NCBI GenBank assembly: GCA_017447815.1
Contig: JAFSMS010000017.1
Span: 18,940-82,939, forward strand
Direction: 5' to 3'
DNA length: 64,000 nt
From: Bacteroidales bacterium
Lineage (GTDB): Bacteria > Bacteroidota > Bacteroidia > Bacteroidales > UBA932
The first letter of the stretch is position 1. Each line of letters starts with the position of its first letter. The translations under genes were made by a program, and so were the position numbers. Below, one piece after another: positions 1 through 10,775 of the stretch. Under the pieces are notes generated by a model that saw nothing but the letters and a program-made list of their open reading frames with translations, was not told the DNA's origin and made no database searches.

Positions 1-282
1 GGCGGCCTTCTTCTCCAGGTAGTTCATGGCTACATAGAGGAACTGCAGGGAGGCACCGCCGCCGAGGAACACGACTTCGTGGGTGTCGGGAATGTGGAGA
101 AGTTCCTTCCACAGGGCGCGGCATTCATCCATCACGGCGTCCCACTCCTTGGTGCGGTGGCTGATGGAGAGGACGGAAATCCCGGTTCCGCTGAAGTCTT
201 TGAGGGCTTCGATGGCATGGTCGATGGCGACTTGCGGCAACAGGCAAGGGCCGGCATTGAAAACATGAACTTTTTTGGACAT
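1..282 (-). CDS. serC: Phosphoserine aminotransferase, 5' part (runs off the window)
   Basis: Not in the ORF track. Hand translation of the minus strand from ATG at 282: MSKKVHVFNAGPCLLPQ...SISHRTKEW...VVFLGGGASLQF, which carries the SerC FnAGP, SHR and GGASLQF motifs. Confidence 0.93.
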   Translation of the reverse strand, partial: MSKKVHVFNAGPCLLPQVAIDHAIEALKDFSGTGISVLSISHRTKEWDAVMDECRALWKELLHIPDTHEVVFLGGGASLQFLYVAMNYLEKKAA

Positions 283-352
283 GGTTATGGGTGGTTAGTT
301 AAAAAATAAAATCAATTCGGTTTCGCAAGTTATGAATTTTTATTGAAAAAAC

Positions 353-952
353 CTATATTTCTTCCAATTTTGTATGCTCGCCGATTCTCTGCCTGAAATC
401 TTCCAGGGCCGACAGGCGAACGCGAACCTCCAGCGAACATTCCTCCCCGAATTGCTGGCCGCTCTGGGGCAGGTCCATTTCCTTGAGCACTTTCATCACG
501 GCGTTCATGGAAAGGTAGTCAAAATGCAGACGGAACCGCCTGGCGGCGATTTTCTCGATGACGGCGGCCTGCGACAGGGCATCGGCCGACGAGGTCTTGT
601 AGGCGCGGATGAGGCCGGGGATGCCCAGTTTGATGCCGCCGAAATAGCGGACCACCACGACGAGGACATCGCTCAGGCCCAGGGAATCGATCTGTCCCAG
701 GATGGGACGGCCGGCGCTTCCGGAGGGCTCTCCGTCATCGCTGGCGCGGAAGACGTCCCTTTTGTATCCCAGCCGGTAGGCGTAGCAGTGGTGCCGGGCG
801 TCGTGATACTCTTTGCGGAGCCTGCTCACGATTTCCCGGACCTCCTCTTCGGTCTCCACGGGGTAGGCCAGGGCGATGAAGCGGGAACCATTGTCTTTGA
901 AAAGGCCTTCCGAGGGGCCTACAATGGATTTATATGCGTCGAACGGTTCCAT
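353..952 (-). CDS. YigZ/IMPACT family protein
   Basis: Motifs GSRFIA, HDARHHCYAY, SDDGEPSGSAGRPIL and VVRYFGGIKLG. Start placed at the ATG of MEPFDAY (952). Confidence 0.9.
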   Translation of the reverse strand: MEPFDAYKSIVGPSEGLFKDNGSRFIALAYPVETEEEVREIVSRLRKEYHDARHHCYAYRLGYKRDVFRASDDGEPSGSAGRPILGQIDSLGLSDVLVVVVRYFGGIKLGIPGLIRAYKTSSADALSQAAVIEKIAARRFRLHFDYLSMNAVMKVLKEMDLPQSGQQFGEECSLEVRVRLSALEDFRQRIGEHTKLEEI

Positions 953-1007
953 CGTTACGAAAATAGTAATTTTTGCAATAATTTGCAATGGAACCGGAAA
1001 AAAGCAG

Positions 1008-1015
1008 TATCTTTG
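1008..1015 (+). promoter_or_regulatory. Bacteroidetes sigma-A -7 element
   Basis: TATCTTTG matches TAnnTTTG and lies 24 bp before the ATG at 1039. Confidence 0.6.
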
Positions 1016-1038
1016 ATTTCACAAACAGATAAGGACCT

Positions 1039-1581
1039 ATGGTTTTCAAGATTCGGGTGACCCTTTCGGGCATCAAAGGATTTTTCAGAGTATATCAGGT
1101 AAACGGCGCCACCACGCTGTACACGCTCCATAAACAACTGAGGGCCGATATGGAATTCCCTCAGGACCAACTGATTATGTTCAAGGCCCTGGACATCACC
1201 GGCGCCGTCGTCGGCCGCTACGGCCTGTTCGACCTGGGCTGGGGAACCGTGGACCAGATTTCCTTGGAAAAAGCCGCCAAGGCCGGCGCCACGGATTTCG
1301 TGTACTTTTACGATGTCACCAATCGCAAAAGCGTGAATATCACGCTGGAAGGAGAATTGGAAGGGGTGCAGGTGAGTCCGGATTCCCCGGTGCTTTCGGA
1401 AAGCAAAGGCCCCAATCCCATCGAATTCGAAAACGGATATGTGGCTTTCGAAGACCTCCCGGACAAACAGCGCCACCTCCCCGGAGAGGAAGACGAGGAC
1501 TTCGATGACGAAGACCTCGATGACGAGGAGGAAGACGCAGACGAGGACGGCGAAGAAATCTATGATGAGTCCGAGCAGTAG
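1039..1581 (+). CDS. Conserved hypothetical protein, probably pRiA4b ORF-3-like, with an acidic tail
   Basis: MVFKIRVTL...FFRVYQV...TLYTLHK, YFYD, and a D/E-rich C-terminus; sits directly upstream of miaA. Confidence 0.6.
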   Translation: MVFKIRVTLSGIKGFFRVYQVNGATTLYTLHKQLRADMEFPQDQLIMFKALDITGAVVGRYGLFDLGWGTVDQISLEKAAKAGATDFVYFYDVTNRKSVNITLEGELEGVQVSPDSPVLSESKGPNPIEFENGYVAFEDLPDKQRHLPGEEDEDFDDEDLDDEEEDADEDGEEIYDESEQ

Positions 1582-1583
1582 GC

Positions 1584-2456
1584 ATGCCAAGGCGACTGGA
1601 GATCATACTGGGTCCCACAGCCGTCGGTAAAACCGGCTTTGCCATCCGTCGCGCCCTGGAGGTGGGGTCTCCCGTCATCTCCTGCGACTCCCGGCAGATT
1701 TACCAGGAATTGAAAATCGGCACGGCGGCCCCTTCCGAAGAGGAACTGGCCGCTGTGAAACATTATTTCATCCGCAGCGTGCCGATTACCCGGAACTACA
1801 CGGCCGGCATCTACGAGGTCGAAGCCATGGACCTGGTGAACCGTCTTTTTGCCGAGGGGCATGAAACCCTGGTGATGTGCGGCGGTTCGATGCTCTATAT
1901 CAACGCCTTCTGTTACGGTCTGGACGATTTCCCGGAAGTGCCCCTGCAACTCCGCCGCCATCTGATGGACTGCCTGCAGAGCGAGGGGGTGGAAGTGCTG
2001 GCCCAGCAGTTGAAGGAACTGGATCCGGTTTCCTACGAGGAACTGGACCTGAGCAACGGACAGCGTGTCATCCGGGCGCTGGAGGTGAGCATGTACACCG
2101 GGCAGCCTTTTTCCTCGTTCAAGACCCGCCGTTTCAAGGAGCGCGAGTTCGAAATCGTGAAAGTGGGCTTGGAGCGCCCCCGGGAGCAACTTTACGAGCG
2201 CATCAACGCGCGGGTGCTCCAAATGGTGGAAGACGGCCTGGAGGCCGAGGCCAGAAGCATGCTCCCTTACCGGGACCTTCCGGCCCTGCAAACCGTAGGC
2301 TATCGGGAATTCTTTGAATATTTCGACGGAAAATACGATTGGGAAACCACCATTCGCCATATCCAGGCCGACACCCGGCATTACGCCAAGCGGCAACTCA
2401 CCTGGTGGCGAAGGGCCAGTGACATCCAGTGGCTTCCGGCAGATTCTTCACTTTGA
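1584..2456 (+). CDS. miaA: tRNA dimethylallyltransferase
   Basis: GPTAVGKT P-loop, DSRQIY, GGSMLY, RVIRALEV, TRHYAKRQLTW. Confidence 0.97.
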   Translation: MPRRLEIILGPTAVGKTGFAIRRALEVGSPVISCDSRQIYQELKIGTAAPSEEELAAVKHYFIRSVPITRNYTAGIYEVEAMDLVNRLFAEGHETLVMCGGSMLYINAFCYGLDDFPEVPLQLRRHLMDCLQSEGVEVLAQQLKELDPVSYEELDLSNGQRVIRALEVSMYTGQPFSSFKTRRFKEREFEIVKVGLERPREQLYERINARVLQMVEDGLEAEARSMLPYRDLPALQTVGYREFFEYFDGKYDWETTIRHIQADTRHYAKRQLTWWRRASDIQWLPADSSL

Positions 2457-2511
2457 CCTTCAAAGGCCCCGGGGGCCGCACGCTTCCTTACTGGACGTCC
2501 CATTATGAAAA

Positions 2512-2565
2512 ATTGGGGTTGCCCGTTCCGGAAGGGAAACCGGGAACCAACCCCAATGATTTTTC
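2512..2565. terminator. Probable bidirectional terminator between the convergent miaA and metG
   Basis: ATTGGGGTTG (2512-2521) pairs perfectly with CAACCCCAAT (2548-2557); an A-run precedes it and a T-run follows. The loop is long. Confidence 0.55.
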
Positions 2566-2601
2566 GCGCACTCCTTTCCTGGAGCGCATTCCAGTAGAGT
2601 T

Positions 2602-4785
2602 TTAGCCAATCTGGGCGCCGTTGGTGACGGCTTCCTGCGGCGTGATGAAGCGCATCTTTCCGTCTCCCTGCTTGGCCATCAGGATCATGCCTTTGGACTC
2701 GATGCCGCGGATGGTGCGGGGGGCCAGGTTGGCGAGGATGCAGATTTGCTTGCCCAGCATGTCTTCCGGGCTGTAGTATTCGGCGATGCCGGATACGATG
2801 GTGCGCTGGTCTATACCCGTATCGATGGTGAGTTTCAGGAGTTTGTCCGTCTTGGGGACGCGCTCTGCCGCCAGTACGGTGGCCGTGCGGATGTCCATGG
2901 CGCCGAACTGCTCGAAGCTAACTTCCGGCTTTTGCGGCTCTACCTTCCCAGCCGCCTCCGCTGCGGCTTTGGCGGCCTCTGCGGCTTCACGCTCCGCCTT
3001 GATGGCCTGTAGGCGGGCAATCTGGGCGTCGATGACGCTGTCCTCAATTTTCTGGAACAGCAGCACGGCCTCTCCCAACTGATGTCCGGCAGGGAGGAGT
3101 TCTGCATCGCCCAGCATATCCCAATTCAGCACGATGTCATCCTGAGGCGCATGTGCGCCGAAGGAGCTCGTATGCACGGCCTTCCCCTCATCGGCCTTGT
3201 AGAAATTCTCGGTGGGCGTGCCTTCGCCGGCGCGGTGGTCCCAGCCTGCGTTGATGCCTACACGCAGGATATCACGCAGTTTCTGGGCACTGAAGGGCGT
3301 GAACGGTTCAAACGCGATAGCCAGGTCGGCGCAGAGTTGCAGGCAGGTGTACAGGATGCTGGCCGTGCGGTCCATGTCTTCCTTGGCCACCTTCCAGGGC
3401 TCCATGTCAGAGATGTATTTGTTGCCGATGCGGGCAATGTTCATGGCTTCCTTGAGGGCCTCGCGGAAGTGATAGGTCTCGATGTATTTTTCCAGGGCTT
3501 CACGGCAGGGCTTTACGGAGGCGAGCGTTTCGGCATCGATAGGCTCGGGCTTCAGGTTCTTCGGCACGGCTCCTCCGAAATATTTGTGCGTGAGCACCAC
3601 CGCGCGGTTCACAAAGTTGCCGAAGATGGCCACCAGCTCGCTGTTGTTGCGGCTCTGGAAGTCCTTCCAGGTGAAGTCGTTGTCCTTGGTCTCGGGGGCG
3701 TTGGCCGTGAGCACGTAGCGGAGGACGTCCTCCTGGCCGGGGAACTGCTCCTCGTATTCGTGTACCCACACCGCCCAGTTGCGGGAAGTGGAAATCTTGT
3801 CTCCCTCCAGGTTCAAGAACTCGTTGGACGGGACGTTGTCCGGAAGGATGTAATCGCCGTAAGCCTTGAGCATGGACGGGAACACGATGCAGTGGAACAC
3901 GATGTTGTCCTTGCCGATAAAGTGCACCAGGCGGGTCTGCGGGTCTTTCCACCATTTCTCCCAACTCTGGGGCAGCAGTTCCTGCGTGTTGGAAATGTAG
4001 CCGATGGGGGCGTCGAACCACACATAGAGCACCTTGCCCTCGGCCCCTTCCACCGGGACGGGAACGCCCCAGTCCAGGTCACGGGTGACGGCGCGGGGCT
4101 GCAGGCCGCCGTCCAGCCAACTCTTGCACTGGCCGTACACGTTGGTCTTCCATTCTTTGTGCTGTTCCAGAATCCAGTCCCGGAGCCAGGGCTCGTACTT
4201 GTCCAGCGGAAGATACCAGTGCTTGGTCTTCTTCTTCACGGGCGTGGAGCCGCTCAGTTTGGATTTGGGGTCCAGGAGTTCTTCGGGGCTCAGCGTGCTG
4301 CCGCATTTCTCGCACTGGTCTCCGTAGGCGTGGGGATTGCCGCACTTGGGGCAGGTGCCCTCGATCAGACGGTCGGTGAGGAACATGCGGGCCTGCTCGT
4401 CATAGAGTTGTTCGCTTTCCTTGGTGATGAAATCGTCCTGGTCGTAGAGTTTCCGGAAAAACTCGGAAGCATTTTTCTCATGCACCTTGGAGGAGGTGCG
4501 GGAATAGATGTCGAAGTTGATGCCCAGGCCGGTGAAGGCATCTTTCATCACCTTATGATACTGGTCCACGATGTCCTGGGGCGTCACACCCCGTTCGCGG
4601 GCTTTGATGGTGATGGGCACACCATGCTCGTCGCTGCCGCAGATGAACACCACATCCTCTCCGCGCATGCGAAGGTAACGGACATAGATGTCACCGGGAA
4701 TATAGGCGCCGGCCAGGTGGCCGATATGGACGGGACCGTTGGCATAGGGAAGCGCGCAGGTCACCAAAGTTCTCTTGTAACTCAT
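2602..4785 (-). CDS. metG: Methionine--tRNA ligase with C-terminal tRNA-binding domain
   Basis: [12 protein letters not shown], CxxC zinc knuckles, YVWFDA, KISTS and a C-terminal OB (Trbp111-like) domain. Confidence 0.98.
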   Translation of the reverse strand: MSYKRTLVTCALPYANGPVHIGHLAGAYIPGDIYVRYLRMRGEDVVFICGSDEHGVPITIKARERGVTPQDIVDQYHKVMKDAFTGLGINFDIYSRTSSKVHEKNASEFFRKLYDQDDFITKESEQLYDEQARMFLTDRLIEGTCPKCGNPHAYGDQCEKCGSTLSPEELLDPKSKLSGSTPVKKKTKHWYLPLDKYEPWLRDWILEQHKEWKTNVYGQCKSWLDGGLQPRAVTRDLDWGVPVPVEGAEGKVLYVWFDAPIGYISNTQELLPQSWEKWWKDPQTRLVHFIGKDNIVFHCIVFPSMLKAYGDYILPDNVPSNEFLNLEGDKISTSRNWAVWVHEYEEQFPGQEDVLRYVLTANAPETKDNDFTWKDFQSRNNSELVAIFGNFVNRAVVLTHKYFGGAVPKNLKPEPIDAETLASVKPCREALEKYIETYHFREALKEAMNIARIGNKYISDMEPWKVAKEDMDRTASILYTCLQLCADLAIAFEPFTPFSAQKLRDILRVGINAGWDHRAGEGTPTENFYKADEGKAVHTSSFGAHAPQDDIVLNWDMLGDAELLPAGHQLGEAVLLFQKIEDSVIDAQIARLQAIKAEREAAEAAKAAAEAAGKVEPQKPEVSFEQFGAMDIRTATVLAAERVPKTDKLLKLTIDTGIDQRTIVSGIAEYYSPEDMLGKQICILANLAPRTIRGIESKGMILMAKQGDGKMRFITPQEAVTNGAQIG

Positions 4786-6716
4786 TTCTTCAGTCTTCCG
4801 AGTTTAATATTGATGGTTTTCTTGAATTCGTTGAGGCGGTTCATGCGGGTCATCAGGTCCAGCATTTCTTTGGGGGCGGGATTCTCCTGGAGTTGGCGGT
4901 TGATTTCCAGTTGCTGGGCCGATATGCGTTTGTCGTGATACACCAGGATGGCCCGGGGCACGAAGTTCACCAGCCAGGAGTCGGTGGTTGTCAGGGCGTC
5001 GGAGAAGTTGTGGACGGTAAGTTCGTACTTCTCGGTGGAAAGGGTGGCGGTGACGGAGGCGACTTCCCGGTTCTCTCCGTTCAGGAGAGAGCGGATGATG
5101 TCGTCCTGCTCCAGTCCCTGGTCATACAGGCCGAAGTAGGCCTGGTAGGTGGCTTCGTAGGCCGGATTGGAGAAGCGGATGTCGTCGGCCGCCAGGGCGG
5201 AATCGATGAATTCGGCCACGGTCTGGCTTCCTTCCGGGTCGTAGAACTCGGAGTCGGTCTCGAACTGGAGGGCGGTGCGTCCGTATCGGAGGATGAATCC
5301 CAGGAGTTCCTTTTCCGACGGCTCCAGGATCCGGTCCTCTTTCTGCACGATACGGCTTTCGGCGGCGGGGGCCGGCGTCTCTTGGGCTTGCCTTTCCCGA
5401 GCGGGTATTTCCTTATGCATCTTTTCCCGGGTCTTTCGCACGCGGTCCTGGATGATATCGGCCTCGATGCCCACCATGCGGGATACGGTGTCGATGTACA
5501 CCTGGCGCTTGATGGCGTCGGGAATGTCGGCCACGGTGTCGGCCACTTCGTTGATGATGCCGGCTTTCTTGATGGGGTCGCCTCCGGCCTCGTTCAGGAG
5601 GAGGTTGGTCTTGAAACTGACGCCGTCCTGCTCGTTGGCGGCGATGAATTCGCGGATCTCCTCCAGCGTGTGCTTGCGGGAGAAGGAATCGGGGTCGTCT
5701 CCGTCGGGAAGGAAGACCACGCGCGGGTTCATGCCTTCTTTCAGGATGAGGCCGATGGCGCGGAGGGCGGCATGGAGTCCGGCCTTGTCACCGTCGTACA
5801 TGATGGTGATGTTCTCGGTGAACTTGCGGATGAGGCGGACCTGCTCTTCGGTGAGGGAAGTGCCGCAGGAGGCCACCACATTGGTGATTCCCAACTGGTG
5901 CATCATCACGACGTCCACGTTGCCTTCCACCAGGATGCAGCGGTCTTGCCGGGAAATCTCGCTCTTGGCGAAATAGATTCCCAGGAGATTCCGGCTTTTG
6001 ATATAGATTTCCGTTTCCGGAGAATTGACGTACTTGGCGGGGTTGTCGGCCTTGAGGGTGCGTCCGCTGAAGGCAATGACCCGGCCGCTCACCGAATGGA
6101 TGGGAAACATCACCCTTTCGCGGAACTTGTCGATGAGGGTGCCGTCTTCCTGCCGGATGGCGAGGCCGGCGTCCACCAGGAACTCGTCCTTGTAGCCGGC
6201 TTTGCGGGCGGCATCCACCAGGGAAGTCTTCCCGGACGGGGCCCAGCCCAGGCTCCACTGGGCGATGGTGGCGTCTTCGATGCCGCGGTTGCGGTAATAG
6301 CGGTAGCCGACGACACGGCCCTCGCCGTCCTTAAGCTGGTCGCAGAAGAACTGGCGGGCAAACTCGCTCACGGCCATGAGGCTCTCGCTGCGCTGGCGGG
6401 CGGCGATCTGCTCGGCGCTCTCCTCCTCTTCCTGTACCTCGATATTGTATTTGCGGGCCAGGTACCGGAGGGCCTCCGGATAACTCATGTGCTCGTATTC
6501 CATCACAAAGCCCACGGCGCTTCCGGCTTTACCGCAGCCGAAGCACTTGTATATGCCTTTGGATGGTGTTACGTGGAAGGAGGGGGTTTTCTCGTTGTGG
6601 AAGGGACAGCAGGCCACATAACTGGAGCCGCGGCGCTTGAGCGTCACGAAGTCTCCCACCACCTCTTCGATGCGGGCGGTGTCCAGAATGAGGTCAACGG
6701 TCTCCTTCGGAATCAT
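4782..6716 (-). CDS. dnaG: DNA primase
   Basis: [11 protein letters not shown]...CFGC zinc finger, [14 protein letters not shown] motifs VEGNVDV and YDGDKAG, DPD. Overlaps metG by 4 bp. Confidence 0.98.
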   Translation of the reverse strand: MIPKETVDLILDTARIEEVVGDFVTLKRRGSSYVACCPFHNEKTPSFHVTPSKGIYKCFGCGKAGSAVGFVMEYEHMSYPEALRYLARKYNIEVQEEEESAEQIAARQRSESLMAVSEFARQFFCDQLKDGEGRVVGYRYYRNRGIEDATIAQWSLGWAPSGKTSLVDAARKAGYKDEFLVDAGLAIRQEDGTLIDKFRERVMFPIHSVSGRVIAFSGRTLKADNPAKYVNSPETEIYIKSRNLLGIYFAKSEISRQDRCILVEGNVDVVMMHQLGITNVVASCGTSLTEEQVRLIRKFTENITIMYDGDKAGLHAALRAIGLILKEGMNPRVVFLPDGDDPDSFSRKHTLEEIREFIAANEQDGVSFKTNLLLNEAGGDPIKKAGIINEVADTVADIPDAIKRQVYIDTVSRMVGIEADIIQDRVRKTREKMHKEIPARERQAQETPAPAAESRIVQKEDRILEPSEKELLGFILRYGRTALQFETDSEFYDPEGSQTVAEFIDSALAADDIRFSNPAYEATYQAYFGLYDQGLEQDDIIRSLLNGENREVASVTATLSTEKYELTVHNFSDALTTTDSWLVNFVPRAILVYHDKRISAQQLEINRQLQENPAPKEMLDLMTRMNRLNEFKKTINIKLGRLKK

Positions 6717-6719
6717 GGG

Positions 6720-7022
6720 TCAATCCTCTTTCGTGTAATCGACCTCCCTGGCGTCCTGCAGGTTGGTGACGGTGATTTTGTCATCGGCCGGAGCCTGGGT
6801 GACGGGACCGTCCGTCTTTTCCGGCTGTGGGGCGCGATAAGTCTTCTCCTGCCAGATGGCCTTGAGTTGGTAATAGGCGTCTCGCCCATACCAGTAGCCG
6901 AACAGCAGGCCCAGGATAAGGCCGAATACCCGGCCCCGGTAGGCAATGAAAATGGCGATGGCCACAAACAGGATGTCTTTGACCAGTCTGATCCAGCGGT
7001 TGTTGTATCCAAAATTCGTCAT
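6720..7022 (-). CDS. Small hypothetical membrane protein
   Basis: 100 aa with two hydrophobic segments; ends 3 bp before the dnaG start; has its own -7 element. Confidence 0.7.
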   Translation of the reverse strand: MTNFGYNNRWIRLVKDILFVAIAIFIAYRGRVFGLILGLLFGYWYGRDAYYQLKAIWQEKTYRAPQPEKTDGPVTQAPADDKITVTNLQDAREVDYTKED

Positions 7023-7028
7023 AGTCTG

Positions 7029-7036
7029 CAAATATA
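7029..7036 (-). promoter_or_regulatory. -7 element for the hypothetical-dnaG-metG unit (nearly leaderless)
   Basis: Minus strand TATATTTG followed by CAG, 7 bp from the ATG at 7022. Confidence 0.6.
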
Positions 7037-7037
7037 C

Positions 7038-7082
7038 AAAAAAAGGCCGATTCCGTTGTCACGTTGACAAGAAATCGGCCTT
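7038..7082 (-). terminator. Intrinsic terminator of the FKBP-DUF3127 unit
   Basis: Stem AAGGCCGATT / AATCGGCCTT with inner TTGTCA / TGACAA, followed by T7 on the minus strand. Confidence 0.8.
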
Positions 7083-7116
7083 GGGGTTCATTGCCGCTGT
7101 CAGGGCGGCGGACTAA

Positions 7117-7530
7117 TTAAAACGGAAGGTCGTCGGCGGGGTTGTCTGCCGGCATGTCGTCCAGCGTGGGGGCGGGAGCCTCATAGGCGGGTGCCGGGGC
7201 ACTTTCGGGCCGATAGGCCGGCTGCGCCGGGGCGGCGGGCTGCTGGGCAGCGCCCGCCGGGGCGATGCGCCAGATCTGGAGGTCATTGTACCAGCGGCCG
7301 TTGTATTCGCGGCTCTTGAGGTTGAAGGAGACTTTCACTTTGTCTCCAACCTGGTACTTGTCCAGTTCGGCCACCTTTTCCTGGCCCCATGCGGTGAAGC
7401 AGGCCTGGGCGGTGAAATTGCCGTCCGGGAATTCCAGGATGAATTCCTGCTTGGCCCACTGGCCGCGGGCAGACGTGCCGGACTGAACGCCCAGTTTCTG
7501 CCGTAAGGTTCCTTCCAGTTCCAGTGCCAT
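7117..7530 (-). CDS. DUF3127-like protein (SSB-like OB fold, acidic DDLPF tail)
   Basis: W-x-KQEFILE, VKVSFNLKSREYNGRWYNDL, Pro/Ala linker and terminal DDLPF. Confidence 0.85.
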   Translation of the reverse strand: MALELEGTLRQKLGVQSGTSARGQWAKQEFILEFPDGNFTAQACFTAWGQEKVAELDKYQVGDKVKVSFNLKSREYNGRWYNDLQIWRIAPAGAAQQPAAPAQPAYRPESAPAPAYEAPAPTLDDMPADNPADDLPF

Positions 7531-7532
7531 AC

Positions 7533-8300
7533 TTACTTCTTCTTAACGGGAGCGGCTTCTTCCTTCTCTACGAAAGGATGAACTTCCAGCAGGTCAACGT
7601 CGAAGATAAGGGTGGAGTTGGTGCCGATTTCACGGGGACCACGCTCTCCATAGGCCAGGTTGGCGGGGATTACGAGGGTGATCTTGCCGCCTTCGCCGAC
7701 GAGTTTCATGCCTTCGGTCCATCCGCGGATGACGCGGTTGAGCGGGAAGGAGATGCCTTCGTTCTTGTCGAATTCCTTGCCATCGATGGTGGTGCCGCGG
7801 TAGTTCACCTTCACGGTGTCGCGGTCGCTGAGGGCGCGCACGTCGTTGCCGGAATCCTGGATCAGATAGACAATACCGGAAGCGGTGGAGTCGGCGCTGT
7901 TCTTGGTGTAGAATTCACGGCGGAACTTGTCACCCTTTTCCTTGTTCAGGGCGCCTTCGTAAGCGGTGCGCTTCTGGAGGAAGGAGTTGATGATCATGTT
8001 CATGTCGGCAGGGTTGATTTTGAACTGCTTTACGAAAGCGGAGTCCATGGGCTGGCCTTCCTTGGCGTTCAGGGCGTCGTTCATACCTTTGCGGACCTGG
8101 GCCATGTTGAGGTCACCGAAGTTGTTCTGGGTGATCATGAGGCCGAAGTTGACACCGAGAAGATAGGAAGTGGTGTCCACCTCACCGCTGGTGGGGAGAA
8201 GGTCGAGCACTTCTTTGGAACCCTCCACCTTGGGAGAGTTGCAGGCTGCTACCAGCACGGCGGCGGCAGAAGCGATGGCGAAGAATTTTGCGATTTTCAT
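7533..8300 (-). CDS. FKBP-type peptidyl-prolyl cis-trans isomerase, lipoprotein
   Basis: Lipobox VAAC, SYLLG, VKVNYRGTTIDGKEFD, VIRGWTEG, LAYGERG, LIFDVDLL. Confidence 0.93.
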   Translation of the reverse strand: MKIAKFFAIASAAAVLVAACNSPKVEGSKEVLDLLPTSGEVDTTSYLLGVNFGLMITQNNFGDLNMAQVRKGMNDALNAKEGQPMDSAFVKQFKINPADMNMIINSFLQKRTAYEGALNKEKGDKFRREFYTKNSADSTASGIVYLIQDSGNDVRALSDRDTVKVNYRGTTIDGKEFDKNEGISFPLNRVIRGWTEGMKLVGEGGKITLVIPANLAYGERGPREIGTNSTLIFDVDLLEVHPFVEKEEAAPVKKK

Positions 8301-8358
8301 ATTCGTTTGTTTTTAGCGTTTGTTCTTGTGAGCAACGCAGTTTTGCGTTTACAACCTG

Positions 8359-8366
8359 CAAATATA
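8359..8366 (-). promoter_or_regulatory. -7 element for the FKBP gene
   Basis: Minus strand TATATTTG followed by CAG in the AT-rich divergent spacer. Confidence 0.6.
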
Positions 8367-8493
8367 ACGATTATTTTTTTCTTATCATAATCAAATAGGA
8401 TGAACGGTCGATTTTTTATGTCTATAGGAGAAATACATTTGGAAATGTCAAAAATATTGATTATATTGGGCTAGCACTAAAACGGGAACTGCT

Positions 8494-10692
8494 ATGGCCG
8501 CTCCAGATTTTCTTCACGCCAAACTGAAAACCTTCTTCGGGTACGATGCTTTCAAGGCAGACCAGGAGCAGATTATCCGGCATTTGGTAGCCGGGAACAA
8601 TGCCTTCGTTCTGATGCCTACGGGGGGAGGCAAATCGCTGTGTTACCAACTGCCGGCATTGGTCATGGAGGGAACGGCTATTGTGATATCCCCGCTCATC
8701 GCCCTCATGAAAAACCAGGTGGACGTCATCCGCGGGTTCGAGGCCAGCGAGGCCGGGATCGCCCATTTCCTCAATTCTTCCCTCAACAAAATCCAGATTC
8801 AGGAAGTTCAGGAAGACCTGCGGCGGGGTGTCACCAAACTGTTGTACGTGGCCCCGGAGTCCCTTACCAAGGAGGAAAACATCGCCCTCCTCAAGGGCAT
8901 CAAGATTTCCTTCTACGCCGTGGACGAGGCCCATTGTATCTCGGAATGGGGGCATGATTTCCGTCCGGAATACCGGAAAATCCGCTCCATCATCGAGGAA
9001 ATCCAGCCGGCTCCGGTCATTGCCCTCACCGCCACCGCCACGCCCAAGGTGCAGAGCGACATCCTCAAGAATCTCCGCATCCAAGACGCCAAAGTGTTCA
9101 AATCGTCCTTCAACCGGCCCAATCTGTACTATGAGGTGCGGGACAAGGTGGAACCTGAGAAAGACATCATCCGCTTCATCCGCCAGAACCCCGGCAAATC
9201 CGGCATCATCTATTGCCTGAGCCGCAAAAAGGTGGAAGAGATGGCCCAGATGCTCTCCATCAACGGAATCCGGGCCCTGCCCTACCATGCCGGCCTGGAC
9301 GCCAAAACCCGGGCCGAGAACCAGGACAAGTTCCTGATGGAGGAGATCGACGTCATCGTGGCCACCATCGCCTTCGGCATGGGAATCGACAAGCCGGACG
9401 TGCGCTTTGTCATCCACTACGACATCCCCAAGAGCATCGAGGGCTATTATCAGGAGACGGGCCGGGCCGGTCGTGACGGCCAGGAAGGCCAGTGCATTAC
9501 CTACTACAGTTACAAGGATATCCAGAAACTGGAAAAATTCATGCAGGGGAAACCCGTGGCAGAGCAGGAAATCGGCAAACAACTCCTGAAGGAAACGGTG
9601 GCGTACGCCGAGTCCAGCCAATGCCGCAGAAAACTGCTCCTCAATTACTTCGGGGAAGATTACGGACCCGATAATTGCGGCGCCTGCGACAACTGTCTCC
9701 ATCCCAAGGCTCGCTTCGACGGTCAGGAAGAACTGTCCCTTGTGATAGAACTCATCGAGTCGCTGCCGGAACACTTCAAACTGGAGCATCTGGCGGGCAT
9801 CCTTTCCGGCGTTCCCAACGCCATGATCAAGAGTTACCGGCACGACCAACTGCCTCTTTACGGGGCCGGCAAAGACCACGATCTCCGTTTCTGGGCCACC
9901 GTCATCCATCAGGGGATTATCCTGCATTATCTGGATAAAGATATTGAGAATTATGGCCTTATCTTCGTGACCGAGGAGGGAAAGAAGTTCTTCGAGCACC
10001 CCCACGAGGTGCTTCTGGTAGAAGACCGCACCTTCTCCGAAGGAACCGACGACGAGGATGAAGACAGCGCGGCAGCCGTCCGTGGAGGCGGCGGGGGAGA
10101 CCAGGTGCTCCTGGCCATGCTCAAGGACCTCCGCAAGGACTTGGCCCACAAACTGCGGCTTCAGCCCTGGATCGTTTTCTCGGATCCTTCGCTGGAAGAC
10201 ATGTCCATCGTGTATCCGCTCACCCTCAAGGAACTGTCGGAGAAATGCCAGGGCGTGGGCGAGGGGAAAGCCAACAAATTCGGCAAACCTTTCGTGGAAC
10301 TCATCGCGAAGTACGTGGAAGAGAACGAAATAACCCGTCCGGACGACTTTGTAGTAAAGTCGGTGGCCGCCAAGTCGGGCAACAAGGTCTATATCATCCA
10401 GGCCATTGACCGCAAACTGGACCTGAAGGATATCGCCGCCTCCAAGGGGCTGGACATGGACGCCCTCCTCACGGAGATCGAGGCCATCGTTTCCACGGGC
10501 ACCCGCATCAATCTCAATTACTATATTGAGCAGGAACTGGACCCGGAAGTGGTGGAAGAAATCTACACCTGGTTCAAGGAAGAAGCCGCTTCGGATTCGC
10601 TCTCCGATGCCCTCCAGGCCCTCAGTGACGACTATGAGGAACTGGAAATCCGCCTGGTGCGCATCAAATTCCTCTGCGAAGTGGCAAACTAG
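8494..10692 (+). CDS. recQ: ATP-dependent DNA helicase RecQ
   Basis: MPTGGGKSLCYQ, VDEAHCISEWGHDFRPEY, ATIAFGMGIDKPDVR, QETGRAGRDG, zinc-binding Cys cluster and an HRDC-like C-terminus. Confidence 0.97.
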   Translation: MAAPDFLHAKLKTFFGYDAFKADQEQIIRHLVAGNNAFVLMPTGGGKSLCYQLPALVMEGTAIVISPLIALMKNQVDVIRGFEASEAGIAHFLNSSLNKIQIQEVQEDLRRGVTKLLYVAPESLTKEENIALLKGIKISFYAVDEAHCISEWGHDFRPEYRKIRSIIEEIQPAPVIALTATATPKVQSDILKNLRIQDAKVFKSSFNRPNLYYEVRDKVEPEKDIIRFIRQNPGKSGIIYCLSRKKVEEMAQMLSINGIRALPYHAGLDAKTRAENQDKFLMEEIDVIVATIAFGMGIDKPDVRFVIHYDIPKSIEGYYQETGRAGRDGQEGQCITYYSYKDIQKLEKFMQGKPVAEQEIGKQLLKETVAYAESSQCRRKLLLNYFGEDYGPDNCGACDNCLHPKARFDGQEELSLVIELIESLPEHFKLEHLAGILSGVPNAMIKSYRHDQLPLYGAGKDHDLRFWATVIHQGIILHYLDKDIENYGLIFVTEEGKKFFEHPHEVLLVEDRTFSEGTDDEDEDSAAAVRGGGGGDQVLLAMLKDLRKDLAHKLRLQPWIVFSDPSLEDMSIVYPLTLKELSEKCQGVGEGKANKFGKPFVELIAKYVEENEITRPDDFVVKSVAAKSGNKVYIIQAIDRKLDLKDIAASKGLDMDALLTEIEAIVSTGTRINLNYYIEQELDPEVVEEIYTWFKEEAASDSLSDALQALSDDYEELEIRLVRIKFLCEVAN

Positions 10693-10702
10693 TGTTTGCC
10701 AC
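10681..10702. repeat. Perfect 9-bp inverted repeat spanning the recQ stop, possible terminator stem
   Basis: GTGGCAAAC-TAGT-GTTTGCCAC between convergent genes; no strong U-tract. Confidence 0.5.
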
Positions 10703-10775
10703 TTGTCGCTCTTCATTACCCCCACCCGGAACCCCTCCCCCTGGGGGAAGTGTTTTTCGGAGAAGGAACTGAAAA

